DNA of 64,000 bases, from NCBI GenBank assembly GCA_964487255.1, contig CAZAQV010000003.1, positions 92,266 to 156,265 on the forward strand. The letters run 5' to 3'. The notes below the pieces were generated by a model. It saw only the letters and a list, made by a program, of their open reading frames with translations, did no database searches and was not told the origin of the DNA. Below, piece by piece: positions 46,854 through 58,490 of this stretch (its first letter is position 1; every line of letters begins with the position of its first letter). The stretch is from an uncultured Polyangiales bacterium (lineage in GTDB: Bacteria > Myxococcota_A > Polyangia > Polyangiales > CAZAQV01). The position numbers and the translations under genes were made by a program.

Positions 46854-49547
46854 CTAGGGACAAGAACCGTCAACTTCACAACCGTTCGTGGGGTCACCAT
46901 CACAGTCCTCCCACGAGCCCGAACAGGTGAACTCACACACGCCGGCATTGCAGTTCTCGTTTCGTACGTTGGGTAGGTTGTTACAGTCGACGCAGTCCGC
47001 TCCGCAACGGTTATCGTCATTGGAACCCGGACAGGTCGAGTCGCCGCACCTCGGATAACCGTTTTCGCAACTGACCTGGCAGTTTGAGCTCACACACCTA
47101 CCCACCTCATTTGTGCCAAGCCCACTGGTACAGTCCTCACGTGGGCAGCCACAAAGCGAGTCCCCCTCCTTTGCGCAACCACCGTCACAGTAGAGTTCGT
47201 CCGCGCCACAAACCGAGACGCACTCTCCGACGCCATCACCGCGGTCCTGGCACTCTTGTCCCCCAGAACAAGTCTTTCCGCAGCCACCACAGTTGCCGTC
47301 GACGTTCAGCGGGGTCTCGCAGCCTGCTCCACCGTTACAATCGCCGTAGCCAACGATACAAGAGCCGACTTCGCAAGCCTGCGACTGACACACAGGGATC
47401 GCATTGGGAAGCTTGCCAACGCAGGACACGCCACAGCCGCCACAGTTCGTCGTTGTGGCAATGGAAGTCTGGCAGGAAAGATCATCGCTGCCATCCCCGC
47501 CGCAGCGAGCGTGAGAACTATCGCAGGCGCAAGCGCCGCCGACGCACTGTCGCGCCGTGCCGTTACTTCCACATCGCGCACCGCATGCACCGCAATTATT
47601 CGAGTTATTCGACAGCTCTGTCAGGCAGGAGGTCGGCGTTGTATCTCCCGGGCAACGCGTAAACCCGCTCTGACATGCACACAAACCAGCGCTACATGTG
47701 CGGGTCGTGCCCTGGCTACCGCAGACAGAGCCACAGCCGCCGCAATTGTCAGGGTCGATTTGCACGTTTACGCACTGACCACCACAGCAAATATCACTTC
47801 CCGAACAAGCCGGACCGTTTCCGCACGCGCAGCTTCCATTGTTACATGAATCGGCCTGCGCCGGATTACACCGAACTCCGCAGAAGCCACAGTGGTCCAT
47901 GTCCGTCAGCAAGTTTGCGCAACCACCATCACAGCAGCGCTCATTTCCGCCGCACGCTGGGCTTGAGCCACACTGACAGTTGCCGTCGACGCATGCGTCC
48001 GCAAATGTCGAATCGAGCACGGGGTCCTCTGGATTACAGTCCATCGCGCACGCACCACAGTGTTCGAGGCTCGTGCGCAAATCGTTCTCACAATAGCCAT
48101 CAACAGCCTCCTCACCAGACGCGCAGCGTGTGCCGATTCCCTGGAACGCACACGCGTAACCTTCTCGCATCGACTCGTTGATGAGACCGTTGCAGTTGTC
48201 ATCGACCGCATTGCAGATTTCTGCTGCGCCGGGGTTTCGGTCGGGGTCATCCCCGCAGCCTTCGGGCTCATTCACCCAGCCGTCGCCATCGGGGTCCGCC
48301 GCCGGGTTGTCACACGGCGGACTTCCCTCACAATCTTGCATCACCTCATCGCTGCAATTTTCCGAGGCACCCGCAAACACGAGGTCACCGGTGTCGTCGC
48401 AGTCGATTCCGCCAGCCGCAAGTGAAGGCTCGCCATCGCCGTCGAGATCGATCGTATCGCACCCCCCACCCGAATACTTACCACTGTGACCCCAACCGTT
48501 GGGACCACAAAGCACATGTGACATCGTGGTGAAGATACCGTTGCAGTCGTCCTGATCGCAGCTAACGGTATTGGGCGGCTCGCACCGGTTCACGCCGTCG
48601 CCGTCGAAGTCCGACGGGCGACAGCGATCGAGTTCGTCGAACAGCCCGTCACAGTCTTCGTCAGCCACCAGGTCACCGTCGAGCGTGCAGACTTCCTCCA
48701 CGCCCGGATTGCGCGCAGGGTTCTGGTCATCGCAATCACAATTTCCGGTCAGCACAACCTCGCCACGCTCGTTGATTGGACACGCTGGATAGCTGTCCTC
48801 GTCCTCATCGGACGCCTGATCGACGCCGTCGCAGTCTTGGTCGATGCCGTCCCCCGGGATATCTTCAGCGTCTGGGTTGATACCTGCAAAGCTATCGTCG
48901 CAGTCGCACCCACGTTCATCCTCAGTGCGACAGGCCCGAAACCCATCGTTGTCTTCATCGCCGCAAACCGCATCCTCTCCTGAGCAGTCCTGGTCGATGC
49001 CGTCTTCGCATAACTCAGGCGCCCCCGGAAACCGAGAAAGGTCATCGTCGGCGCAATCGACCGCGGCTTCTGGGCACGCAAACCGACAGGGCATCTGCGC
49101 CCCGGTGCTGTCTGTATCCACACAGTACGCAAGAGGAGTCGAGGAAAAGCCGTCTTCGTCGACATCGACCGCAACGTCTACGGGGACAAACAGGGGGCTC
49201 AGATCCTGCACCACTCCAGAAACGTCGTAACAACGCGTAACGACGCGTCTCTGCCCGGTGCTCACTCTTCCTACGAGGTGGACCATCACGCGCTCTGGGC
49301 GCTCAAACTCCAACGCGACGCGAATCGGGGCATCGGGCTGGTCCGCCTGATACCGGCTCACCGCGCGATTTTTTGAACGATAAAGCGCGTCTAACCCTGT
49401 GTCGCGGACGCGAAAGACCGAGATGTCCATGCGCTCGACGCGGGCCTCGGAGCGCACCTCCATCAGCACCGCGTGCTCGTCTTCAGTGCAAGCCGCCAGA
49501 ACGAGCATTGCGACGAGCGCAACAATCCACGAGGATGGCCTTTCCAT
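46854..49547 (-). CDS. Very Cys-rich secreted lipoprotein: MopE-type putative metal-binding repeats plus Stig1-like CGxCGxxC repeats
   Basis: The ATG at 49547 gives MERPSSWIVALVAMLVLAAC (a lipobox). It has multiple D-x-D-x-DG...C...CDD....NPGA.E.C.DG.DQDCDG units, then repeated C(C)GG.C.N...D..NCG.CG..C units. Confidence 0.7.
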   Translation of the reverse strand: MERPSSWIVALVAMLVLAACTEDEHAVLMEVRSEARVERMDISVFRVRDTGLDALYRSKNRAVSRYQADQPDAPIRVALEFERPERVMVHLVGRVSTGQRRVVTRCYDVSGVVQDLSPLFVPVDVAVDVDEDGFSSTPLAYCVDTDSTGAQMPCRFACPEAAVDCADDDLSRFPGAPELCEDGIDQDCSGEDAVCGDEDNDGFRACRTEDERGCDCDDSFAGINPDAEDIPGDGIDQDCDGVDQASDEDEDSYPACPINERGEVVLTGNCDCDDQNPARNPGVEEVCTLDGDLVADEDCDGLFDELDRCRPSDFDGDGVNRCEPPNTVSCDQDDCNGIFTTMSHVLCGPNGWGHSGKYSGGGCDTIDLDGDGEPSLAAGGIDCDDTGDLVFAGASENCSDEVMQDCEGSPPCDNPAADPDGDGWVNEPEGCGDDPDRNPGAAEICNAVDDNCNGLINESMREGYACAFQGIGTRCASGEEAVDGYCENDLRTSLEHCGACAMDCNPEDPVLDSTFADACVDGNCQCGSSPACGGNERCCDGGCANLLTDMDHCGFCGVRCNPAQADSCNNGSCACGNGPACSGSDICCGGQCVNVQIDPDNCGGCGSVCGSQGTTRTCSAGLCACQSGFTRCPGDTTPTSCLTELSNNSNNCGACGARCGSNGTARQCVGGACACDSSHARCGGDGSDDLSCQTSIATTTNCGGCGVSCVGKLPNAIPVCQSQACEVGSCIVGYGDCNGGAGCETPLNVDGNCGGCGKTCSGGQECQDRGDGVGECVSVCGADELYCDGGCAKEGDSLCGCPREDCTSGLGTNEVGRCVSSNCQVSCENGYPRCGDSTCPGSNDDNRCGADCVDCNNLPNVRNENCNAGVCEFTCSGSWEDCDGDPTNGCEVDGSCP

Positions 49548-49595
49548 CACCTGGAAAGTATAACAGATATTGGGCGCTGACTTGCACAGCCAACC

Positions 49596-52046
49596 TTGAG
49601 ATTCATGGACGAAACCCAATCCAATATCATCGCATCCGAACAGTACCTCGAATGGCCAGCCGTGTGCCGCGCCGTCCAAGAGCACTGTAAGGCGGTGGTT
49701 CACGAGCAAGATCGAGGGGCTTTGCTCCTCGAAGTTCACGCGCATCGCGACGCCGCAGAGCGTGCATTGGCCGAAAGTCGCGCCGCGCTCACACTTCTTC
49801 GCGACGGTGCGCCACTCCCATCGGGCGGCGTTCTCGACATCGCAAACGCACTCACGCGAGTCCAAAAGGAGGGGTTTCTAGCAGCCGCCGATCTTCGAGA
49901 TATCCGGATTACCCTCGGAGCCTCGCGGGTAACGCGCCGTTACCTCTCCCACCACAAGGAGCGAACCGGGCCCATCCGAGATGCCGTTGCATTCGACCCG
50001 ACCCTCGACGCGCTCGAAGATCTAATCGGCGAGAACGTTGACAACGACGGGGCCATCTCCGACCACGCGAATCCGACACTGCGTGACCTGCGCAAAGAGT
50101 CACGTAACCTTCGCGATCGCATCGTCCGAAAGCTTGAAGAGCTCATCGTCAAACACGGCGCCGTGCTTTCCGACCAATACTTCACCGAGCGCGAGGGCCG
50201 CTACGTCCTTCCCATGCGCGCGGATGCCCACGACCGCATCTCAGGCATCGTCCACGGGAGTTCTGCTAGCGGGGCCACTCTTTTCATCGAGCCTGAGTCA
50301 CTGCTGGCCATGGGCAACCGATTGCGCGTCGCGCAAGCCGAAGTGGCGAGAGAAGAGCAGCGGGTTCTCGCCGCGCTCAGCGACGAGGTTCGGAACCAAC
50401 ATGCTGCGCTCGAAGCCGCATACGCCAGCTTGCTTCACTTGGACCTCCTTCAAGCCAAAGCCCGCTTCGGCGACAAAATGAATGCGCACATTCTTTCGTT
50501 CGGCCACCCAGGAGGGTTCAAACTCAGACGGGCGCGCCACCCGTTGCTCGACCTCGCCGCCCTTCGCGACCCAGACAAGTCGGTCGTCGCCAACGACCTC
50601 GACCTCGCGCGCGGCAATGCACTGGTACTCTCGGGACCAAACGCCGGGGGGAAAACGGTGACGCTCAAGTTGCTAGGCCTGTACGCGATCATGATGAGAG
50701 CGGGTTTGCCTATCAGCGCAGAGGAGGATAGCGAGGTCGGGTTTTTCGCCGACGTCATTGCGGACATCGGCGACGCGCAATCGCTACAGTCCGATTTGTC
50801 CACATTTGCAGGACATATGCGCCGAGTGTCGTCGATGATCGAGCGCGCTGGAGAGTCCACGCTCATCCTGGTCGACGAACTCGCAAGCGGAACGGACCCG
50901 GTCGAGGGACAGGCGCTCGCCGCCGCCACCGTGCAAACTTGGGTCGACGCTGGCGCCACCGCCGCCGTGACCACACACTTCGATGGTTTGAAGGCATTCG
51001 CCGCGCACCACGATCGAGTGAAGAACGCATCTGTCGGCTTTGATCGCGCCTCGCTCACACCTACTTTTCAACTTCACCTCGGGACGCCTGGCATCTCATG
51101 CGCACTGACTGTAGCCGAGCGCTACGGCGTGCCGAAGAGCACCATCGCACTCGCAAACGACATCAAAGACAAAGCGTCACAGCAAATCTCGACGCTACTC
51201 GAAGACCTCGAGAGGGCTCGCGCCGAGGCGCGCGCAGTGCTCCAACAGCAAGAGCACGAACGAACACAAAGGCGAGCGCGCGAGTTGCGTGAGGCGGAGC
51301 AGGCGGAACGCGCACGTGCACAAGCCGAGACCGCACTATCCGACGCGCTGCAAAAACTCTCAGACGAGAGCAAGAGTCTCCGATCTTTGGCAAAAGAGAT
51401 GCGCCGGTCGCTGCGCGATGCTCCCCCTGACCAAGCCACGCTACAACGGGTCGAGGCAGCACTCAAACAGAGTGACGACCTTCGTGACAGCGCCGAACAA
51501 TTGGCCTCGACTTCGCCGCACGATGAGGACGGGACGCTGAACGCTGTGGCGCCCTCCTCCCCAGAAGATGTCACCACAGGGGACCTCGTTCGGCTGCTGG
51601 ATCTGGAGAAGGTCGGTACCGTCGTGGGGAAGCGCAAAGGACAAGTCCAAGTCGCGATGGGCGCGCTTCGACTATGGAAGGACATTGACGACGTCGTCAT
51701 CGAAGAAAAAGCGGAACCTGCAACCGCAGACATGCAGCACAAGGCGTCAGACACGCACACGGCTGCAAGAAACCGCGCGCCGGAGATTCGGACAAAGTCC
51801 AACACAGTCGATCTCCGCGGCCTCCGCGCTGATGAAGCGCGCTCCATGCTGGCTTCCTTTGTCGATCGGATGTTCGGGCAAGGCGCATCCGCAGCATACA
51901 TCATGCACGGAGTCGGTACGGGGGCCCTTCGCGACACCGTCGAAGACTGGCTAAAGGAAAACCCCTCCTATGTCGTAACATGGAAGCAGGCAGCACAAAG
52001 CGACGGAGGTGCTGGCGTCACTGTCGCCGTGCTCGCGGTCGACTAG
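49596..52046 (+). CDS. mutS2: Endonuclease MutS2 (MutS ATPase core plus C-terminal Smr domain)
   Basis: It has Walker A LSGPNAGGKT, LVDELASGTDP, and a C-terminal Smr domain (VDLRGLRADEARSMLASF...HGVGTGALRDTV). The start is either TTG 49596 or ATG 49605. Confidence 0.9.
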   Translation: MRFMDETQSNIIASEQYLEWPAVCRAVQEHCKAVVHEQDRGALLLEVHAHRDAAERALAESRAALTLLRDGAPLPSGGVLDIANALTRVQKEGFLAAADLRDIRITLGASRVTRRYLSHHKERTGPIRDAVAFDPTLDALEDLIGENVDNDGAISDHANPTLRDLRKESRNLRDRIVRKLEELIVKHGAVLSDQYFTEREGRYVLPMRADAHDRISGIVHGSSASGATLFIEPESLLAMGNRLRVAQAEVAREEQRVLAALSDEVRNQHAALEAAYASLLHLDLLQAKARFGDKMNAHILSFGHPGGFKLRRARHPLLDLAALRDPDKSVVANDLDLARGNALVLSGPNAGGKTVTLKLLGLYAIMMRAGLPISAEEDSEVGFFADVIADIGDAQSLQSDLSTFAGHMRRVSSMIERAGESTLILVDELASGTDPVEGQALAAATVQTWVDAGATAAVTTHFDGLKAFAAHHDRVKNASVGFDRASLTPTFQLHLGTPGISCALTVAERYGVPKSTIALANDIKDKASQQISTLLEDLERARAEARAVLQQQEHERTQRRARELREAEQAERARAQAETALSDALQKLSDESKSLRSLAKEMRRSLRDAPPDQATLQRVEAALKQSDDLRDSAEQLASTSPHDEDGTLNAVAPSSPEDVTTGDLVRLLDLEKVGTVVGKRKGQVQVAMGALRLWKDIDDVVIEEKAEPATADMQHKASDTHTAARNRAPEIRTKSNTVDLRGLRADEARSMLASFVDRMFGQGASAAYIMHGVGTGALRDTVEDWLKENPSYVVTWKQAAQSDGGAGVTVAVLAVD

Positions 52047-52057
52047 CCCACGCGGCC

Positions 52058-53749
<1,692 letters not shown>

Positions 53750-53805
53750 GAAACTAGTATATCGAAACCGATTCGACCTTCTAAAGCTAGCACTCGCCCA
53801 TACCC

Positions 53806-55578
53806 ATGGTCAACGCACTCACCTCCTCTGCTAACGTCTCCACCGTGGCCACGAAGATTGAACTCCTACCTGACGAAGTGATCGACCAGATCGCAGCTGG
53901 AGAGGTGATTGAACGACCGGCCAGCGTGCTCAGAGAGCTAATCGACAATGCCCTCGACGCCGAAACGAGGCGAATCATCGTCGAATTTGACGGCGGCGGA
54001 ATCGAGTCACTTATGGTCCTCGATGACGGTATCGGGATGCACCCCGAAGATGCTCGACGCTCCTTGGAACGACATGCGACAAGCAAAATCCGCAACTTGG
54101 CCGACCTCGAACAGCTGACCTCCAGAGGGTTCCGGGGAGAAGCTCTGGCATCGATCGCTGCCGTATCACGGCTCACACTAACAACCCGTGAACACGACAC
54201 GGACATCGCCACTCGCATTGAATGTGAGGCAAGCAAGGTGCTCACCTCAGGTCACTCTGCGGGACAACCGGGAACCCGCGTCGACGTACGCGACCTCTTC
54301 TTCAACATTCCAGCACGCCGCAAGTTTCTCAAATCGACCCCGACGGAGACCGCACATATCAATAAGGTCTTCGCCCGTGCAGCGCTTTCGCGTCCCGATG
54401 TGCGCTTCGAACTTCGCCGCGCGGGCCATCGCACTCGCCTCTACGCCGCCGGCTCACCAGCGCAACGCGCAGAGCAGGTTTTTGGCGCGGTCATGCTCGC
54501 CGCACTCGCCCCCGAGCCCATCGACGGTATCGCGGTGTCTGCCCACCTTGCTCCACCCGAAAAAGCACGCACCGGCACCGCGCACCTTCACATTTTCGTC
54601 AATGGTCGACCCGTGCTCGACAAAGCGCTCGCACGATCCGTGGCCTTCGCGTACGGAAGTGTGATTCCGCCAGGACGATATCCGGTCGGCTGCGTCTATC
54701 TGAAGATCGATCCCACGACCGTCGATATCAATGTCCACCCGCAAAAGCTTGAGGTGCGGTTCTCCGATGCGCGACGCGTCCACGAGGCTACGACGCGGGC
54801 ACTCTCGCAAGCTCTCGGAACACAGCCCTGGGAACGCCAGACGTCGGCCTATCGAGCCGGCAACCGGCCGCAACCGAAGGGGCGCGAGCAACAATACCCC
54901 CCGAACTCGGATGTCTGGGCCTCACTCGCGATCCTACGCGATGCATCCGCACCCGCAGACCTACCCCGACAAGCGACACCCGGGAGCCAAGACACCGGGC
55001 CGTTCTCCTCTCTTAGGCCCATCGCCCAAACGCGGGCCCTCTTTATCGTCTGCGAGGGTGACGACGGTCTCTACGTGATCGACCAGCACGCCGCCGACGA
55101 GCGCATTCGTTATGCGAAACTCAAACGCGAGCTAAGTGGCCAACAAATCACAGGTCAGCAACTTCTATTTCCAGCCCAGATTGACGTCGGCCAAGAGGTC
55201 CTGGCTTGGCTTGATGGGAACCCGAACGCCCTATCCCAGCTGGGCATTGACGCTGATCGCATCTCCGAGACCGAACTTCTTGTGCGTGCACTTCCCGCTA
55301 TCGTCGCAAACGGTGACCCGGCTTTGCTGGTCGAGCAGGCTATGGCAGAGTTGATGCGCACCAGCGGGAGAGCGTGGAGTGACACCATCGACACTGCCCT
55401 TGCGACGTTGGCTTGCCACTCGGCCTTGCGCAGGGGCGACAGGATCTCCCTTCGTGAATGTGGGGCCCTGCTCGCACAACTGGACGCCACCGAAGAGTTC
55501 GCTGAACACTGCCCACACGGACGCCCAATCGTGTTTAGGATTTCTTATGCCGATCTTGAGAAGAAACTGGGAAGATAA
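53806..55578 (+). CDS. mutL: DNA mismatch repair protein MutL
   Basis: It has LLPDEVIDQIAAGEVIERPASVLRELIDNALDA (the GHKL N-box), DDGIGM and RGFRGEALASI, plus a C-terminal dimerisation/endonuclease region. A possible alternative start is GTG 53845. Confidence 0.9.
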   Translation: MVNALTSSANVSTVATKIELLPDEVIDQIAAGEVIERPASVLRELIDNALDAETRRIIVEFDGGGIESLMVLDDGIGMHPEDARRSLERHATSKIRNLADLEQLTSRGFRGEALASIAAVSRLTLTTREHDTDIATRIECEASKVLTSGHSAGQPGTRVDVRDLFFNIPARRKFLKSTPTETAHINKVFARAALSRPDVRFELRRAGHRTRLYAAGSPAQRAEQVFGAVMLAALAPEPIDGIAVSAHLAPPEKARTGTAHLHIFVNGRPVLDKALARSVAFAYGSVIPPGRYPVGCVYLKIDPTTVDINVHPQKLEVRFSDARRVHEATTRALSQALGTQPWERQTSAYRAGNRPQPKGREQQYPPNSDVWASLAILRDASAPADLPRQATPGSQDTGPFSSLRPIAQTRALFIVCEGDDGLYVIDQHAADERIRYAKLKRELSGQQITGQQLLFPAQIDVGQEVLAWLDGNPNALSQLGIDADRISETELLVRALPAIVANGDPALLVEQAMAELMRTSGRAWSDTIDTALATLACHSALRRGDRISLRECGALLAQLDATEEFAEHCPHGRPIVFRISYADLEKKLGR

Positions 55579-56516
55579 TGGGCGGAGCCAACTCGCACAC
55601 CCCGAAGCTCATTGTTCTGTCGGGGCAGACAGGCTCCGGGAAAAGCGCCTTGGCGCAAAAGCTGGCCCGTCGTTTCGACGTCGAGGTTATCAGCGCGGAT
55701 AGCGTACAGGTCTATCGCGGGTTCGATATTGGTTCGGCGAAGCCGACAGCAGCGGAACGCGCGGAGCTTCCTCACCACCTGATCGATATTCTCGCTCCAG
55801 ATGATGCGATAGACGCTGCAGGTTATTCCCGACGTGCCGATGCCGTGATCGCCAGTCTGAGAGAGCGCAACAAGATCCCGCTCATTGTAGGAGGCACGGG
55901 ACTATGGATTCGCGCACTACTTCGGGGCCTCGTCGACCTCCCAGCAGTCAACCTCGCGCTTCGTGAAGAGCTCGAGCAACAAAGCCGGGCAGTCGGCAAC
56001 GATGCCATGCACGCGCGCCTCGCGGAGGTGGACCCGCTATCCGCAGAACATATCCACCCCAACGACACGCTGCGAATCGTTCGCGCGCTGGAGGTGTACG
56101 CGCAGACGGGAAAGGCGCTCGGCAAACTTCGCCAAGAACATGGCTTGGGCGGCCCCCGCTACCGCACCCTCATGTTCGCGATCGAGCATCCATCGGAGGA
56201 GCTCCGCCCCAAGCTCCGCGCTCGGACCGAACACATGCTCGCCTCGGGTTGGATTGAAGAAGTCGAGGCCCTTCTTGCTCAGTGGCCAACGAACGCCCGA
56301 GCCTTCGGGAGCGTCGGCTACCGGGAGATCTGCGCGCACCTTGGCGGAAAAATCACTAGAAACGACCTGCCGGAAGTCATCGAACGAGAAACGTGGCGCT
56401 ATGCGAAGCGCCAAAGAAATTGGTTTCGCGCCGAGCCCTATGTCGACAAACGAGGCCCAGTGGAGGAGCTTGAAACTGCAGCCTTCTCTGATGTCGAGGA
56501 ATTTCTGTCGCTGTGA
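55578..56516 (+). CDS. miaA: tRNA dimethylallyltransferase
   Basis: It has the P-loop GQTGSGKS, ISADSVQVYRGFDIGSAKPT and the HHLID block. It directly abuts the mutL stop. Confidence 0.9.
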   Translation: MGGANSHTPKLIVLSGQTGSGKSALAQKLARRFDVEVISADSVQVYRGFDIGSAKPTAAERAELPHHLIDILAPDDAIDAAGYSRRADAVIASLRERNKIPLIVGGTGLWIRALLRGLVDLPAVNLALREELEQQSRAVGNDAMHARLAEVDPLSAEHIHPNDTLRIVRALEVYAQTGKALGKLRQEHGLGGPRYRTLMFAIEHPSEELRPKLRARTEHMLASGWIEEVEALLAQWPTNARAFGSVGYREICAHLGGKITRNDLPEVIERETWRYAKRQRNWFRAEPYVDKRGPVEELETAAFSDVEEFLSL

Positions 56517-57220
56517 GACGAGAGCCCGAACACGTTTCGACCACCGTCACGTTAGAACACGTACGAAAAACGGCAAAGACGCCACTCGGGCAAGCGCTGC
56601 TGCGACGTGAAGCAGCCGTCCTCCACAAGGCTTCGGGTCGCGCGGGAGCTCCCAGATTGTTGTCGTCTCACTTGGAGTCAGAGCCGTTCAGCATCCTACT
56701 TCAAAAAATTGCAGGCGAATCGCTACAGCAGGCCATCGTCGCGCGTAAGCGAGCCAGCCCCTCACTACCTGCGGCGCTGGCGCTGCAATGGCTGCTGGGA
56801 GCCACAAAAGCAGTCGAGCTGTGGCACTCGCAGACGAGGATGGTGCACGGAGATATCGCGCCAGGCAACATTCTCCTCCACGGCCCGCAAGCGTTCCTCA
56901 TCGACTTCGCACTCGCCACGCCGTTTGGCAAACCCGTTCGACTCGGTGACAAGACGCTGGCCAATCGAGCCTACGCGAGCCCGGAACAGTTGGCCGGCGA
57001 GACAGTCGGACCTCAAAGCGATGTCTTTTCGCTCGCTGTCATTGCGACGGAACTCTTAACGGGCAAGCGCTTCGACCGCCTAGCCCCTACTTCCGGCTAC
57101 GCCGCACTCCCGGATGAGGTCGCAAAGGTACTGCTTGAAGGTGTGGCTTCGAATCCCAGCCAGCGGACCAGTCGTCCCGGTCTATTTGCGCAAGCACTCG
57201 AGCTCGCCGCTTGTGGTTGA
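56513..57220 (+). CDS. Short protein-kinase-like protein (atypical; no Gly-rich loop)
   Basis: It has a catalytic-loop-like HGDIAPGNILL, DFA in place of DFG, and an APE-like YASPEQ. It is only 235 aa and has no GxGxxG. The GTG start overlaps the miaA TGA (GTGA). Confidence 0.55.
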   Translation: MRREPEHVSTTVTLEHVRKTAKTPLGQALLRREAAVLHKASGRAGAPRLLSSHLESEPFSILLQKIAGESLQQAIVARKRASPSLPAALALQWLLGATKAVELWHSQTRMVHGDIAPGNILLHGPQAFLIDFALATPFGKPVRLGDKTLANRAYASPEQLAGETVGPQSDVFSLAVIATELLTGKRFDRLAPTSGYAALPDEVAKVLLEGVASNPSQRTSRPGLFAQALELAACG

Positions 57221-57249
57221 CGCTCTGAGCAGGTTAGAACCTGCTGGCA

Positions 57250-57765
57250 ATGCAAAGAAAGTCTCATGGCGATGGCCGTTTCTCGCGGGGCGACTTTCTC
57301 GCCTTGGGTAAAGGCTGCGTCTTCGAGTCCGGCGTACTCGTCTTTCACCCCGAGAACATTTGGGTCGGAGACGACGTGTACATCGGTCACCAGACGATAC
57401 TCAAAGGATATTTTAAGAACGAAATGCACATTGGCAGCGGCACGTGGGTCGGCCAACAATGTTTCTTTCATGCTGCGGGTGGGCTGCGAATCGCGGACAA
57501 CGTTGGCATTGGACCCGCCGTCAAGATCATCACGTCTCTTCACGAAGAGGCGGGGCGGCAAACACCAATTCTGCACGCACCCATTCGCTTCGCGCCGGTC
57601 ACGGTCGAGGCAGACGTCGACATCGGCGTTGGAACCACGATTCTACCAGGCGTGACCATTGGCAAAGGTGCACAGGTTGGCGCTGGCAGTGTCGTCACAA
57701 AAGACGTCGCGCCTTACTCGGTGGTCGCAGGTGTCCCCGCAACACAGCTAAGGCTTCGTCCATGA
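57250..57765 (+). CDS. Hexapeptide-repeat (LbH) acetyltransferase
   Basis: Left-handed beta-helix repeats run throughout (VGDDVYIG, IGSGTWVG, IADNVGIG, VEADVDIGVGTTILPGVTIGKGAQVGAGSVV). Confidence 0.8.
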   Translation: MQRKSHGDGRFSRGDFLALGKGCVFESGVLVFHPENIWVGDDVYIGHQTILKGYFKNEMHIGSGTWVGQQCFFHAAGGLRIADNVGIGPAVKIITSLHEEAGRQTPILHAPIRFAPVTVEADVDIGVGTTILPGVTIGKGAQVGAGSVVTKDVAPYSVVAGVPATQLRLRP

Positions 57766-58490
57766 ACGACAGTAAGCAACCGTGTCTATTGAGCATCATC
57801 GTCCTCGCCTACAATGAGGCAGACAATGTGCCAGTCACGATGGTCGACCTTCGTGACTGGATCCGCAATCAGCCGGAAACGCAGGACAATCCAAACGCTA
57901 TCGAAGTCATATTCGTTGACGATGGCTCAGACGACGACACGGCGAACGAGGCACGCGCCGCCCTCAATGGCATCTCCTTTACAGTGGTCCGCCACGAAGC
58001 AAACCGTGGCATGGGAGCGGGCATCAAGTCGGGCACCCTGCGCGCACGTGGCGAACGCGTGACCTTCATGCCTGCCGACGGCCAAATTCCCACCGAGGCG
58101 ATTCGCACTTTACTTGACGCAGCCGACTCGGACACGGACATCGTCTTTAGTGTGTACGATCGTCGAGACGACGGGCTCGACCGCAAGCTCTTGAGTCTGG
58201 GAGTACGCACCCTGATCTTGCTCGTTCATGGCGTACGGATGCAGAGTGATGGTCCATATTTGTTCCGGCGCAAGCTGCTTGACCCGGCTCAGCTGGAGTC
58301 GGACACGTTCTTCTTGAATTTCGAGTTTCCCATACGTGCATTGAGTGCTGGGCTGCGAACCAAAGTCGTCACCGTTGAATGCCGGCCGCGCTACGCGGGT
58401 AGTTCGAAAACTGCCAATGCACGCAAGGTCTGGGGAGTCGGGCGAGAGCTTCTCGCCCTCCGTTGGCGCAACCTGCGCTCGAACCACTAG
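57762..58490 (+). CDS. Family 2 glycosyltransferase (DPM1/GtrB-like)
   Basis: The ATG at 57762 overlaps the upstream TGA (ATGA). LSIIVLAYNEADN..., VDDGSDDDT and the ...MPADGQ (DxD-like) block are present. The longer ORF from 57444 is rejected. Confidence 0.85.
   Translation: MNDSKQPCLLSIIVLAYNEADNVPVTMVDLRDWIRNQPETQDNPNAIEVIFVDDGSDDDTANEARAALNGISFTVVRHEANRGMGAGIKSGTLRARGERVTFMPADGQIPTEAIRTLLDAADSDTDIVFSVYDRRDDGLDRKLLSLGVRTLILLVHGVRMQSDGPYLFRRKLLDPAQLESDTFFLNFEFPIRALSAGLRTKVVTVECRPRYAGSSKTANARKVWGVGRELLALRWRNLRSNH

Noticed and set aside
49548-49865. N-terminal extension of the Cys-rich ORF (the track starts it at 49865)
   Set aside because: The extension overlaps the mutS2 5' end by 270 nt. 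A lipoprotein signal peptide begins at the internal ATG at 49547, which I take as the true start.
57444-57761. Upstream extension of the GT2 ORF
   Set aside because: It lies in another frame of the hexapeptide acetyltransferase gene and is Arg/Gly-rich. The GT2 domain begins at the ATG at 57762, which forms an ATGA overlap with the upstream stop.
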